A DNA stretch of 64,000 bases, taken from positions 235,859-299,858 of the forward strand of contig JAYRLR010000002.1 of NCBI GenBank assembly GCA_041905165.1. Direction: 5' to 3'. Under the pieces are notes generated by a model that saw nothing but the letters and a program-made list of their open reading frames with translations, ran no database searches and was not told the origin of the DNA. Source of the stretch: Mucilaginibacter sp. Lineage in GTDB: Bacteria > Bacteroidota > Bacteroidia > Sphingobacteriales > Sphingobacteriaceae. Below, piece after piece: positions 45,144 to 55,184 of this stretch. Position 1 is the first letter of the stretch. Every line of letters begins with the position of its first letter. The position numbers were made by a program, and so were the translations under genes.

Positions 45144-46043
45144 TCAATCCTGGCTCACCTTTTTAAATAACTGTTCAAATACTTCGGGATGATCTGAGTA
45201 TTTGTAATAAGCGTCATTTCTTAATATCGAACCCAGCATCACCTGTTGCCGCTTTTCCGTCTTGTTCTTTTTAGCGAGACAATAGCCATGGTATAGCAAC
45301 GTATTAAGGTACTTGTTAATGTAGTATTTTTTAAAGCTTTCTTTTGGCTTGGTTTTATCAAGCGTGAGGTTAAAATCCGTGAAATTCAGGTCGTGGAACT
45401 GGTAATAAGGCATCCCATTAAATTTCGGATATTTTTCAATGTACTTATAGGCTTCTTTATAGTTCGGCGGGTTCACAATATTCATGTATCCCCATATGTA
45501 AGTGCCGCACATATTCATTGCTTCCAGAAAGAAGATACCTTTCTCCGTATCATCAGCTAAGTTATATCCATCCAGGTTAAAATCATTGTGGGATAGGTTA
45601 AACGGACGATTCTTGTTCCCTACCGAAGTAAATATCATATTGTAATAGCAGGAGACATATTCATAGTTACTGGTGGGATGACTGTTAAGGCTATCAATCA
45701 CGGCGTTATAATCAACAGGCTTATCTTCAAACATCTTCCAGTTAAGCATACGTATGGTATACAAATGTTTAAGCGTGGCGGTATCAGGCTTGGTCAGATA
45801 TTTCTTATCAGTAAGGTTATTATTGCTCTTTATCGCTTCGGCTACGAAGTCGCGGGCAGTACTTAAATCTGTAGTGGTAACGCTGTTTAATTGTTCAGTA
45901 ACCGCACCCGGCGAATTGTTAAATGAATGGAAATTACGGTATATGCGGGCAAGCTTTATAAGATCGGCGTTAAGAGACTGTGCTTTGCTGGCAGCACAGG
46001 CAAACACGCAAATAACTGCGGTAAAAAGAAACTTTTTGTACAT
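45144..46043 (-). CDS. Hypothetical secreted protein
   Basis: 299 aa with a signal peptide (FTAVICVFACAASKAQ). No recognised motif. Confidence 0.65.
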   Translation of the reverse strand: MYKKFLFTAVICVFACAASKAQSLNADLIKLARIYRNFHSFNNSPGAVTEQLNSVTTTDLSTARDFVAEAIKSNNNLTDKKYLTKPDTATLKHLYTIRMLNWKMFEDKPVDYNAVIDSLNSHPTSNYEYVSCYYNMIFTSVGNKNRPFNLSHNDFNLDGYNLADDTEKGIFFLEAMNMCGTYIWGYMNIVNPPNYKEAYKYIEKYPKFNGMPYYQFHDLNFTDFNLTLDKTKPKESFKKYYINKYLNTLLYHGYCLAKKNKTEKRQQVMLGSILRNDAYYKYSDHPEVFEQLFKKVSQD

Positions 46044-46090
46044 GTGATAAGAGCTGAGTAAAAAATGTATGCGTCAAATATAAATATTCA

Positions 46091-46123
46091 TAAACAAAGA
46101 AAGCGGGCTATTGCCCGCTTTCT
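46091..46123 (-). terminator. Rho-independent terminator of the S8 peptidase gene
   Basis: AGAAAGCGGGC-TATT-GCCCGCTTTCT. On the minus strand it is followed by TTGTTTA. Confidence 0.75.
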
Positions 46124-46140
46124 TCCTATATTCAAAAACC

Positions 46141-47781
46141 TTAGTTCTTTCTTTCACCTTTCATGGTGGCAGCAATTTCTAATGCGCGCTTTGCATTAAC
46201 AATACCACCTGATTTTGACAGTGTGGTAAAATCTACCAAGTCATGAGTACCTGGCTTAATAACCATGGTGCCTTTTAACGGAGTGGCCGATTGTATAATT
46301 ACCTGCTTTAATTGCGCTGCGCTCAGTTTAGGGTAGTACTCTAATACCAATGCAGCCACGCCTGCGGTGATCGGTGAGGCAAAGCTGGTACCATCGGCAG
46401 TATTAAACTCGGCGTCTTTGTCAATAGAAGTTACTTTTACGCCTGGCGCAAACACATCTACATTCTTTTGGCCGTAGTTGCTGAAAGAGCCAGCCAGTGT
46501 GCTGTCGTTTTTAGCGGATGAAGCGCCTACAACCAAAACGTTTGGCAGGTCGGTAACAGAGCCATCTTCAAACGTATCGTTCGGGAACTGAGGCTTGGCG
46601 TCAACATCCTGGTTATCGTTACCTGCAGCCTGTACAAGCAGTACATCTTTTGATGCAGCATATTTAAAGGCCTCATCTACCCATTTTTTGTGCGGAGATA
46701 TTTTCTTACCAAAGCTCATGTTGATAATTTTGGCGCCATTATCTACAGCGTATCTTATGGCCTTAGCTACGTCCTTATCGTATTCATCACCGTTAGGCAC
46801 AGCTTTGATACCCATAATGCGCACATTGTCGGCTACACCGTCTATTCCGTAACCATTGCCACGTACGGCGCCTATAAGACCCGCAACGCCTGTACCGTGT
46901 GACGCATCAGGGAATTTTAGAATGTTACTGCCATAAGGTTTGGTATCCCATACGTTTGGGTCATCGCCTACGATGCGCTGGCGCGAAGTAAGATCGGGGT
47001 TAACATCGTTGTTCAGTTTGGTGAGGTATTCGCTCAAATCTTTAATAATGGCCGCATTGTCCTGGTCGCCACCCTGCTGTGTAAATATTGACGTCCAGAT
47101 GGCAGTACTTTGTCTTACAGTATCATTTGCGCTGGTGATCTTCGCCAAGTCGCCTTTTTTAAAAGAGCCATCCGTAGGCAGGTTAAGCGCGCGTTTCACG
47201 TAGCCGCTGGTAGTCATCAGCACGTTTAGAATAGGCTGCAACTGCTCTAATTCACTTTTGGAGTGGTTTACAGTAGTATCGTGCGTAGCCTTTACCTTTT
47301 GCCAGTAAGCAAACTCTTTTTTATCCTGGGCCTGAGCTTCGGTAACGGCTGCATATTTCTTGCTAAGACGGGCATACTCGCGCACCTCTTCAGTAGTTTC
47401 GGTATAATCGGCTTTGCCGCCCGGGCCGCCTAAAAAGTTCCAGCCATGGGTGTCATCAACATAACCGTTTTTGTCGTCATCCTTTCCGTTAGCTTTTTCT
47501 TTAGGGTTTGTCCAAAGTATCGATGAAAGATCTTTCTGAGCAGTGTCAATACCGCTGTCAATAGTAGCAACTACTACGGTCTTGCTTTTTTTTCCGTTGA
47601 TGAGTTGATAGGCAGGCGCAAGGCTTATACCGAAATAACCATCAGTTTTCAAGTCAAGCTGGTGCCAGTTCTTAGGCAATTCGGGCTGTGCCGCCGGAGC
47701 AGATTGCGCTTGTGCGGACAGGTTAAAAAGTAAAGCCCCTGCCAACAGCGGCGCTATTATTAATTTGTTTTTTTTATGCAT
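46141..47781 (-). CDS. S8 family (subtilisin-like) serine peptidase, secreted
   Basis: 546 aa with a signal peptide. The catalytic triad contexts are VATIDSGID (Asp), SHGTGVAG (His) and DGTSFASP (Ser). Confidence 0.92.
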   Translation of the reverse strand: MHKKNKLIIAPLLAGALLFNLSAQAQSAPAAQPELPKNWHQLDLKTDGYFGISLAPAYQLINGKKSKTVVVATIDSGIDTAQKDLSSILWTNPKEKANGKDDDKNGYVDDTHGWNFLGGPGGKADYTETTEEVREYARLSKKYAAVTEAQAQDKKEFAYWQKVKATHDTTVNHSKSELEQLQPILNVLMTTSGYVKRALNLPTDGSFKKGDLAKITSANDTVRQSTAIWTSIFTQQGGDQDNAAIIKDLSEYLTKLNNDVNPDLTSRQRIVGDDPNVWDTKPYGSNILKFPDASHGTGVAGLIGAVRGNGYGIDGVADNVRIMGIKAVPNGDEYDKDVAKAIRYAVDNGAKIINMSFGKKISPHKKWVDEAFKYAASKDVLLVQAAGNDNQDVDAKPQFPNDTFEDGSVTDLPNVLVVGASSAKNDSTLAGSFSNYGQKNVDVFAPGVKVTSIDKDAEFNTADGTSFASPITAGVAALVLEYYPKLSAAQLKQVIIQSATPLKGTMVIKPGTHDLVDFTTLSKSGGIVNAKRALEIAATMKGERKN

Positions 47782-47835
47782 TGAGGTGTAATAAATATAT
47801 CGCGAATAAAGTAAATATATGCAAACTAAGCACTT

Positions 47836-48336
47836 TTAAAGGTAAATTATAAATGTACTTTTAGGACGCATGACACTAAACGAGGCTATTTTGTTTTGCT
47901 TTAACAAAAAAGGGACATTGAAACCCTTATCATTAGTAGCGATGTAAACATCGCCGTCACGGGTAGGCAGAACAAGATTGCCGTCTACATCAACTAATGG
48001 TTCCAGGCCAACTTTTTTCAATAATGCAAAATTGGCGTTACGATAGTGGATGTATCTTAAAGCAGATACATCTACTTTATTAATCGCAAGCTTGTTCTCG
48101 ATTTCTTCAATTTGTTGTTCGTGGAACTTGCCTATCTCTTTAACCACCTCGGGTTTTACTGCTGAATAATCAATAGTGATAAAATATCTGTTATCTATAT
48201 CCAGATGATTCCACTTCCCGCCTTGAAGACTGCTTAGGAAACCTTTAATCAGTGCTTCGTGCTTTGCGGTGTCCTGAGCGCTCGTGCTTAAAACGGCGGC
48301 GATGGCCAGCATACATGTAATTACATACTTTTTCAT
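47836..48336 (-). CDS. Hypothetical secreted protein
   Basis: 166 aa with a signal peptide ending TSAQ. No recognised motif. Confidence 0.6.
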   Translation of the reverse strand: MKKYVITCMLAIAAVLSTSAQDTAKHEALIKGFLSSLQGGKWNHLDIDNRYFITIDYSAVKPEVVKEIGKFHEQQIEEIENKLAINKVDVSALRYIHYRNANFALLKKVGLEPLVDVDGNLVLPTRDGDVYIATNDKGFNVPFLLKQNKIASFSVMRPKSTFIIYL

Positions 48337-48743
48337 GCCTTAGTGTAATGTGATTGTTGTTGGTTATAAGTTTTGTATTCGATTAAATATGAATAAAATA
48401 ACGCAAATAATGATATGAAAGTGTGTTGCATTTTGCCTTGTACCAAAAGTGTTGCAGTGTCGTTTATGTGTAAATGATTGGCTACATAGGCTGCCATTAG
48501 TCAAATTGTAGTATATTTGTATATATAACCTCCGCAACCGGCAACACCAATACCCGCTCAAAAACTGCCAAAATAATTTACGTTTATTATCAGACAGTTG
48601 TATTGAACCTGTGTTAATAATGTGTGTTTGTTGAAAACTTAATTGCCCGGCGGCGGCTTATTGTTGTTAACTTAAACGCAGTGAAGCCCTAAAGCGATGC
48701 AATATTGCTTATACGAGTGAATATGTTCTGCAAACAAAATTGA

Positions 48744-50147
48744 ATGGAAGAAGAATTTGAATTTGGTTTTACTGAGGACCCAAAGTTTTCGGTAGAACGT
48801 TACGAAGAGATGATTCGTAACCACGACCAGTACTTTTTTGATGCCCAGGCGTTTGAGGACATAATCGATTACTACATCGAAAAGAACGATCCACCTAAAG
48901 CATTACAGGTGGTTGAGTATGCCCGCGCCCAGCATCCTTTTGCTGCCGTTTTCTTGGTAAAACAGGCCCAGTTACTTGCCATTACCAATCGTGCCAGCGA
49001 AGCGTTTGCTGCATTAGAAAAGGCTGCTATGCTCGAGGCTTCGGACCCCGATATTTACATCATTCGCGGTAACCTGTACGAGAGTATGGAGCGCTATAGC
49101 GAGGCGTTGGAAAACTACGAGCGCGCGCTTGAGTTGTCTGACGATACGGACGAAGTGCTGCTCCATATTGCCTACGTTTACCAAAACATGGGCGATTATG
49201 AGCATGCCATAACGTACCTGAAACGCTGCCTGCGCCAGAATATGGAAAATCAGGATGCATTGTATGAGCTGGCATTTTGCTATGATGTGCTCGACAACCA
49301 GGAAGAAAGCATACAGTTTTACCAGCAATATATTGATAACGAGCCCTACAGCTACGCCGCCTGGTATAACCTCGGTAACGCGTATACTAAGTTAGGCTTG
49401 TACGAGAAGGCCATTGATGCGTATGACTACGCCATCCTGATTAAGGATAGCTTTGCGTCGGCTTATTTTAACAAAGGCAACGCACTGGTAAACCTGGAGA
49501 AATATGCAGAAGCAATTGAAGTATATCGCCAGACCTTTGAATATGAGCAGCCTAATGCCGATACCTATTGCGCTATTGGCGAATGCTACGAAAAGCTGGA
49601 GCAGATGGACGATGCTCGTGCATTCTATAAAAAGTCGGTAAAGATGGACCCTAAGCTGGCTGATGCATGGTTTGGCATAGGTGTAACGCTTGATTTTGAG
49701 GAACGCTACTTTGAAGCACTACACTTTTACAAAAAGGCACTTGATTTGGACATTGCCAATGCCGATTACTGGTTCGCTATTGCTGACGCAGAATACAAGC
49801 TTGGCCGCATAGAGGAATCAGAAAAAGCATATGAAAAAGTAGTAGAACTTAATCCGCTGGATGTGGATGCCTGGTTAGATTATTCATCCATATTGTATGA
49901 GCAGCAAAAGCTTGACGAAGCAATAGAAGTGATGACGCTATCCATCAAAAACAATCCGGATGCTGCTGAGTTATATTACCGGATAGTAGCTTACCTGTTT
50001 GCTCGCGGCGAGTATAACGAAGCGCTTAATCAATTGGAGATGGCCTTGGCGGCAGATCCTGAAAAGCACTATTTATTGTTTGATTACCTGCCGCAGTTGC
50101 AAAAAAACCAGGTGATCATCGATATCATTAACAAGTATATACGATAG
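48744..50147 (+). CDS. Tetratricopeptide (TPR) repeat protein
   Basis: 467 aa with repeated 34-aa A-x-x-x-Y / W-x-x-x-G patterns throughout, for example AWYNLGNAYTKLGLYEKAIDAYDYAI. Confidence 0.88.
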   Translation: MEEEFEFGFTEDPKFSVERYEEMIRNHDQYFFDAQAFEDIIDYYIEKNDPPKALQVVEYARAQHPFAAVFLVKQAQLLAITNRASEAFAALEKAAMLEASDPDIYIIRGNLYESMERYSEALENYERALELSDDTDEVLLHIAYVYQNMGDYEHAITYLKRCLRQNMENQDALYELAFCYDVLDNQEESIQFYQQYIDNEPYSYAAWYNLGNAYTKLGLYEKAIDAYDYAILIKDSFASAYFNKGNALVNLEKYAEAIEVYRQTFEYEQPNADTYCAIGECYEKLEQMDDARAFYKKSVKMDPKLADAWFGIGVTLDFEERYFEALHFYKKALDLDIANADYWFAIADAEYKLGRIEESEKAYEKVVELNPLDVDAWLDYSSILYEQQKLDEAIEVMTLSIKNNPDAAELYYRIVAYLFARGEYNEALNQLEMALAADPEKHYLLFDYLPQLQKNQVIIDIINKYIR

Positions 50148-50173
50148 TTTTAGATAAACGTTGATTTTACATT

Positions 50174-50207
50174 AGGCGACCTGAAAATGGTCGCCTTTGT
50201 TTTTTTA
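50174..50207 (+). terminator. Rho-independent terminator
   Basis: AGGCGACC-TGAAAAT-GGTCGCCT is followed by TTGTTTTTTT. Confidence 0.85.
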
Positions 50208-50227
50208 TCTTTAGGGCATCGTTTTTC

Positions 50228-50806
50228 ATGAAACATTTCCCGCTGCGATACTTTACCATACTTTTCTTTTTATCGGTACACCTGCAGTACTTCTGGCAAT
50301 ATTATTTGGGGCTAATAGGTGCCGCCATCAGCTTGTTTCTTGGTATCGCTTTCCTGGCACTATTCGCAGCTATGTTGTTCCAGTTTTACAAGGCTGTTCG
50401 TGAGCGGTTCGCAGTAAGAAGGAGGAATGTTAATATTATGCTGATATTGGTGGTACTGGTGATTACTTACTTTTTTCCGAGCGGGGTTGTCGATTTTAAA
50501 CAGTTCGAATCGCCGGCCATACTTACCGCTTATCAGGAAGGTACCGCCAACTGTTCCAAAACAGTGGAGCTTAAGGCTGATGGTAAATTTATTGAGAAAG
50601 ATATTTGTTTTTCATTAAGCAAGGCTGAAGGTAGCTATACCCAAAAGGGCCAAACATTACTGTTGCATTATGATGATAAGCATGAAAGTAAGGCGGTATT
50701 AAAAGAGGTTGGCAAGTACAAAATGCTGCTTTTGTATCATCATATGAAGGACACCGTTCCCTATCCCATGAAGATTATTTACCCAAAAGGAAGTACAGGC
50801 AAGTAA
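50228..50806 (+). CDS. Hypothetical membrane protein
   Basis: 192 aa with three N-terminal TM helices and a C-terminal soluble region. Confidence 0.6.
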   Translation: MKHFPLRYFTILFFLSVHLQYFWQYYLGLIGAAISLFLGIAFLALFAAMLFQFYKAVRERFAVRRRNVNIMLILVVLVITYFFPSGVVDFKQFESPAILTAYQEGTANCSKTVELKADGKFIEKDICFSLSKAEGSYTQKGQTLLLHYDDKHESKAVLKEVGKYKMLLLYHHMKDTVPYPMKIIYPKGSTGK

Positions 50807-50906
50807 TTTATAACTTGCAGTGCATCCAACAATTTAGCCCTAGCAGGGTTAAGTGTTTACAAGTGAATATTTATATTCGCCGTTTTTACTATCAAATCTC
50901 ACCGGC

Positions 50907-51695
50907 ATGAAAAAATACGGGCTGATCGGGTACCCGCTCTCGCATTCGTTCTCAAAAAAATACTTCACTGAAAAGTTTGAAAAAGAAGGTATCACCGATT
51001 CGGTTTATGAGCTTTACCCTATAGAAGACATCAGTAAATTCAATGACTTTTTGCTGGCTAACCCTGATCTTTGCGGCCTCAATGTAACTATCCCATATAA
51101 GGTAGATGTAATGAAGTTTATTGATTGGGTAGAGGCAGGCGCCCGCCATGTAGGCGCAGTAAATACCATAAAAATTAGAAAGGAATCGCCGGTGTCAGTA
51201 GCTTTTCAGGGCGAAGTGGCTTTCGGTAACGATCATTTCAGGCTCGAAGGATTTAATACCGATGTTTACGGTTTCGAAAAATCTCTTAAACCCTTGTTGA
51301 AGTCAAAACATAAAAATGCTTTGGTGCTGGGCAACGGCGGTGCTGCCAAAGCGGTTTTGTACGTGTTGGACAGGCTGGAGATTCCGCGCAAAATAGTTGT
51401 GCGTAAGCCTACGGCAGGCGCTTTGCTTTTTGATGAACTCACGGAGCAAATAGTTGCCGACCATCAGCTTATCATCAACACAACACCCATAGGCACTTAC
51501 CCCAACGTTGACGAATGCCCGCCGATACCCTACGAGGGTATAAGCAAAGACCATTTGTTGTACGATCTGATTTATAACCCGGAAGAAACGTTGTTTTTGA
51601 AAAAGGGCGCAGAACGTGGTGCCAAAACCAAAAATGGCATGGACATGCTGATAATGCAAGCCGAAAAAGCGTGGGAGATATGGAACGAGGACTAA
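50907..51695 (+). CDS. aroE: Shikimate dehydrogenase
   Basis: I chose the start at MKKYGLIGYPLSHSFS (ATG 50907). Motifs GLNVTIPYK, VNTI and the NAD(P) site VLGNGGAAKA are present. Confidence 0.9.
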   Translation: MKKYGLIGYPLSHSFSKKYFTEKFEKEGITDSVYELYPIEDISKFNDFLLANPDLCGLNVTIPYKVDVMKFIDWVEAGARHVGAVNTIKIRKESPVSVAFQGEVAFGNDHFRLEGFNTDVYGFEKSLKPLLKSKHKNALVLGNGGAAKAVLYVLDRLEIPRKIVVRKPTAGALLFDELTEQIVADHQLIINTTPIGTYPNVDECPPIPYEGISKDHLLYDLIYNPEETLFLKKGAERGAKTKNGMDMLIMQAEKAWEIWNED

Positions 51696-52282
51696 AATCC
51701 GCCTGTAAGTACTTAATGGTGTTGGCCAGCATGCTAACGCTATTTTCGGCGTGCAATAATCAGCCGGATTACTCGCCCAAGCCGAGGGGTTTCTTTCGTA
51801 TTTATTACCCTAAAAAGGCTTACCGCGACTTTAATGATGGTTGTGCATTTACCTTCAAATATCCGGTTTATGCTACCATTGGGCCAGACCCGCGTGCACC
51901 CGGAAAGGATTGTTGGCTGAATATGAATTTTCCTCAGTTTAAAGGGATACTGCATTTGAGCTATGAACCGGTTACATCTCCCAAAATATTTAACGAACTG
52001 GTAGAGGACGCACACACCTTTGCATTTAAGCATACGGTTAAAGCCACCTCAATAGATCAGGGGTACATCAACTACGCTGACAAAAAAGTTTATGGCCTAT
52101 ATTACACCATAGATGGTAATGCAGCTTCATCTGTGCAGTTCTTTTTAACGGATAGTACGAGGCATTACCTGCGCGGAGCATTGTATTTCAGCAGCGAGCC
52201 GCGACTGGACTCCATTCAGCCTGTGCTAGACTTTGTGAAGAAGGACGTAGATGTAATGATAAAAACCTTCCGGTGGAAGTAG
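51680..52282 (+). CDS. gldD: Gliding-motility lipoprotein GldD
   Basis: It has the lipobox LFSAC, and YSPKPRGFFRIYYP...CWLNMNFPQFKGILHLSY...ASSVQFFLTDS...RGALYF matches my memory of GldD (TIGR03512). The start is uncertain (51680 or 51716). With 51680 it overlaps aroE by 16 nt. Confidence 0.7.
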   Translation: MERGLKSACKYLMVLASMLTLFSACNNQPDYSPKPRGFFRIYYPKKAYRDFNDGCAFTFKYPVYATIGPDPRAPGKDCWLNMNFPQFKGILHLSYEPVTSPKIFNELVEDAHTFAFKHTVKATSIDQGYINYADKKVYGLYYTIDGNAASSVQFFLTDSTRHYLRGALYFSSEPRLDSIQPVLDFVKKDVDVMIKTFRWK

Positions 52283-52366
52283 GGACAGCTTAAAAATTCT
52301 TAACTCTAAATTCTGAAACCTAAGTCCGGGGTTCTGATATCCGAAATCAAACACTACTTTTGAGCT

Positions 52367-53005
52367 ATGGCTGTGATACAAACTTTTGTAAACAATCCTT
52401 TTCAGCAAAATACCTGTGTATTGTATGATGACAGTGGAGAGTGTGTTATTATAGACCCCGGGATGTATACCGGAGTGGAGCAAAACGCTGTGGTTAATTT
52501 TATCAGTGCAAACCAGCTTAAACCTGTCATGCTGTTAAATACCCACTGCCATATAGATCACGTGCTGGGCAATAAGTTTGTTTATGAACAGTGGGGGCTT
52601 AAACCGCAGTTTCATGTTGGCGAAACTGTGGTGCTTAATTTCGCACCCGTACATGCCATGCAAACCGGGCTGCGTTATGATAATTCGCCCCTACCCGATA
52701 AGTACTTGCCAGAGACAGGCTCAGTAACTTTTGGCAATACTGTGCTCGAGCTTATATTTGCACCAGGCCACTCACCTGCACACCTTTGCTTTTATGACCG
52801 TGAAGCCAATTTACTGGTAGGGGGCGATGTTTTATTCAGGGGAAGCATAGGTCGTACAGATTTGCCGGGTGGTAATTATGATCAGCTCATACAAAACATC
52901 AGGGAAAAGTTATTTGTTCTTCCGGATGATTGTGTGGTTTATCCGGGGCATGGCCCTGAAACCACCATCGGTTTTGAAAAAGAGCATAACCCGTTTTTTG
53001 ATTAG
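52367..53005 (+). CDS. MBL-fold metallo-hydrolase (glyoxalase II-like)
   Basis: 212 aa with the motif THCHIDH and a downstream PGHSPAH and GD..F. Confidence 0.88.
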   Translation: MAVIQTFVNNPFQQNTCVLYDDSGECVIIDPGMYTGVEQNAVVNFISANQLKPVMLLNTHCHIDHVLGNKFVYEQWGLKPQFHVGETVVLNFAPVHAMQTGLRYDNSPLPDKYLPETGSVTFGNTVLELIFAPGHSPAHLCFYDREANLLVGGDVLFRGSIGRTDLPGGNYDQLIQNIREKLFVLPDDCVVYPGHGPETTIGFEKEHNPFFD

Positions 53006-53035
53006 TATTTCAAATTAATCTACCCAAACACTACG

Positions 53036-54262
53036 TTGAATACCTCAGTATACATAGCGCGTCGTTACCTCTTCTCACGAAAGAGCGTGCATGCCATCAA
53101 TATTATTTCGGGTATATCTATGCTTGGGGTATTTGTGGGCAGCGCAGCGCTGATCATCATCCTGTCGGTTTTTAATGGGTTTGAGAAGGTTATACTTTCA
53201 TTATACAGCAATTTCAGTCCTGAATTAAAGATAGAGGCCAAGCTGGGCAAAACTTTCGACCCGCGTACCGCTTATTTCCAGTCGCTGCGGAAGGATAGCC
53301 GCGTATTTTCTTCTACCGATGTATTGCAGGAAAAGGTACTTATCCGTTACGGAAAGAAGCAGTTCATTGGTACTATAAAAGGGGTTAGCGATGACTTTCT
53401 GAAAAACAAAGACCTGGATAGCACCATAATCTCAGGCTCTTTCACGCTGCATGCCGGCGGGCGCGATTATGCCGTTGCCGGCGCCACCATACAGGGTAGC
53501 CTGGGTGTTAATGTGAACGACCCCTTGGCCATGCTGCAAATATATTCGCCGAGGAGGGGAGGTGCAGTCGGTGTCAATCCTTTGAACGAGTTTGTGGTAC
53601 GCAGCATAGCCCCGTCTGGAATTTTCGCCATTCAGCAGGATTTTGATGATATCGTAGTAACGCCTATCAGTTTTACCCGGGATTTGCTTGATGAACCAAC
53701 TAACGTGTCTTCCATTGAGCTTAACCTAAAGCCGGGTACTAATGTAAACCGTTTAGAAGAGGAGATAAGGCAGCATCTAAGTAAGGATTTTTACGTGCGT
53801 AACCGCGCGCAGCAAAATACGGAGCTTTATAAAACGTTGAACTATGAGCGGTGGTCAGTTTTCATGATTCTTACGTTTGTACTTATCATCGCTATATTTA
53901 ATATTATCGGTTCGTTAACCATGCTGGTTATTGATAAGCGGAAGGATATTGCCATACTAACCAGCTTAGGTGCCGGTCGCCGGCTGATACAAAGCATATT
54001 TTTTGCAGAAGGTATGATGATATCGTTAGCGGGTTGTATAGCCGGTATGTTGGTAGGATTAATATTTTGTGTATTACAGGAACAGTATGGCCTGGTAAAA
54101 ATAAACGGCACACTAACGGTTATTGATGCCTACCCTGTAAGCATTCAGCCTGGTGATTTTATACTGGTGTTTGTAACGGTAACCGTCATCGCCATGATTG
54201 CATCCGGCATTAGTGCACGCCTGAGTGTGAAAAATATGGCCGATATAAAACAAGATTTATAA
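53036..54262 (+). CDS. FtsX-like ABC transporter permease (LolC/E-like)
   Basis: 408 aa with a TTG start. It has an N-terminal TM helix, a large periplasmic MacB-like domain and a C-terminal FtsX domain of 3 TM helices. Confidence 0.85.
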   Translation: MNTSVYIARRYLFSRKSVHAINIISGISMLGVFVGSAALIIILSVFNGFEKVILSLYSNFSPELKIEAKLGKTFDPRTAYFQSLRKDSRVFSSTDVLQEKVLIRYGKKQFIGTIKGVSDDFLKNKDLDSTIISGSFTLHAGGRDYAVAGATIQGSLGVNVNDPLAMLQIYSPRRGGAVGVNPLNEFVVRSIAPSGIFAIQQDFDDIVVTPISFTRDLLDEPTNVSSIELNLKPGTNVNRLEEEIRQHLSKDFYVRNRAQQNTELYKTLNYERWSVFMILTFVLIIAIFNIIGSLTMLVIDKRKDIAILTSLGAGRRLIQSIFFAEGMMISLAGCIAGMLVGLIFCVLQEQYGLVKINGTLTVIDAYPVSIQPGDFILVFVTVTVIAMIASGISARLSVKNMADIKQDL

Positions 54263-54684
54263 TGATGAAAGCAAAATACATCAGTTTAATAATTGCATTA
54301 TTGTTGGCAGGTATAACACTATGGTCATCATGCTCATGCAATGGTAAAAAGAACGACAAAGGTAAAGACACTACAGGCCAGGTTACTACAGCAAAGCCGT
54401 TGAATACATCTTTTAAGGGCCTGTACAGCTTTGGGCCGGAGGTGCGCAGCTTTCAGGAATGTGGTAAAAATCAGGAATTTTGGGTGACCGACAGCTCCGC
54501 GCAATTGGAACTGCAATACTCTCAGCTAGACTTTGAAAAGCCTTACGAGGCCGTATATATCATAGTTGAGGGTAATAAAGTAAGATCCGAAGGGCAGGGC
54601 AAGGCAGCCGGTTATGATAGTACGCTTGTTGTAAAAAAGCTCTTAAAAATTAGCCGTACTATTCCGCAGGATAGCTGCCGTTAA
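54262..54684 (+). CDS. Hypothetical lipoprotein (possibly NlpE N-terminal-like)
   Basis: 140 aa with the lipobox-like LWSSCSC. Its ATG overlaps the upstream stop (TAATG). Confidence 0.6.
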   Translation: MMKAKYISLIIALLLAGITLWSSCSCNGKKNDKGKDTTGQVTTAKPLNTSFKGLYSFGPEVRSFQECGKNQEFWVTDSSAQLELQYSQLDFEKPYEAVYIIVEGNKVRSEGQGKAAGYDSTLVVKKLLKISRTIPQDSCR

Positions 54685-54795
54685 TAATATACCATCGCGC
54701 ACGGCAGTACCTGAAACAAAATGCGCGTATTTATCTTTTTTAAATAATAGCTTTGCGCGGTGGTTTAACCGGCAACGGCTAATAAACTTCTTATC

Positions 54796-55170
54796 ATGGA
54801 ATCAAAACGTCAGCAAAAATTTGCAGGAGTAATACAGCAAGACCTCGCCGCTATTTTTCAGCGAGAGGGAGCTGCTTACCTGCCTAATACACTCGTTACT
54901 ATAACTAAAGTACGTGTTACACCAGACCTGGCAATCGCAAGGGTGTTTCTCAGCTTTTTAAATACCAACAATACTGCGCAATCGCTGCAGCAGATAAAAT
55001 CACACGCGTCTGAAATACGTTATAAGTTAGGTGCGCGTATTAAAGACCAGGTTCGCATTATTCCGCAACTGGAGTTTTTTGTGGATGATACTAACGAGTA
55101 CGTGGAGCGTATGGACAAGCTGTTTGAGAAGATTGCCCAGGAACCACGTCAACCTGATACTGAGGAATAA
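54796..55170 (+). CDS. rbfA: Ribosome-binding factor A
   Basis: 124 aa. RQQKFAGVIQQDLAAIF...VTITKVRVTPDLAIARVF is typical of RbfA. Confidence 0.9.
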   Translation: MESKRQQKFAGVIQQDLAAIFQREGAAYLPNTLVTITKVRVTPDLAIARVFLSFLNTNNTAQSLQQIKSHASEIRYKLGARIKDQVRIIPQLEFFVDDTNEYVERMDKLFEKIAQEPRQPDTEE

Positions 55171-55184
55171 CGAATAATGCCGTT

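Noticed and set aside
48364-48561. A 65-aa minus-strand ORF in the long intergenic region.
   Set aside because: It has an implausible Cys/Arg/Ile-rich sequence in AT-rich DNA and no plausible start context. I treat the region as non-coding.
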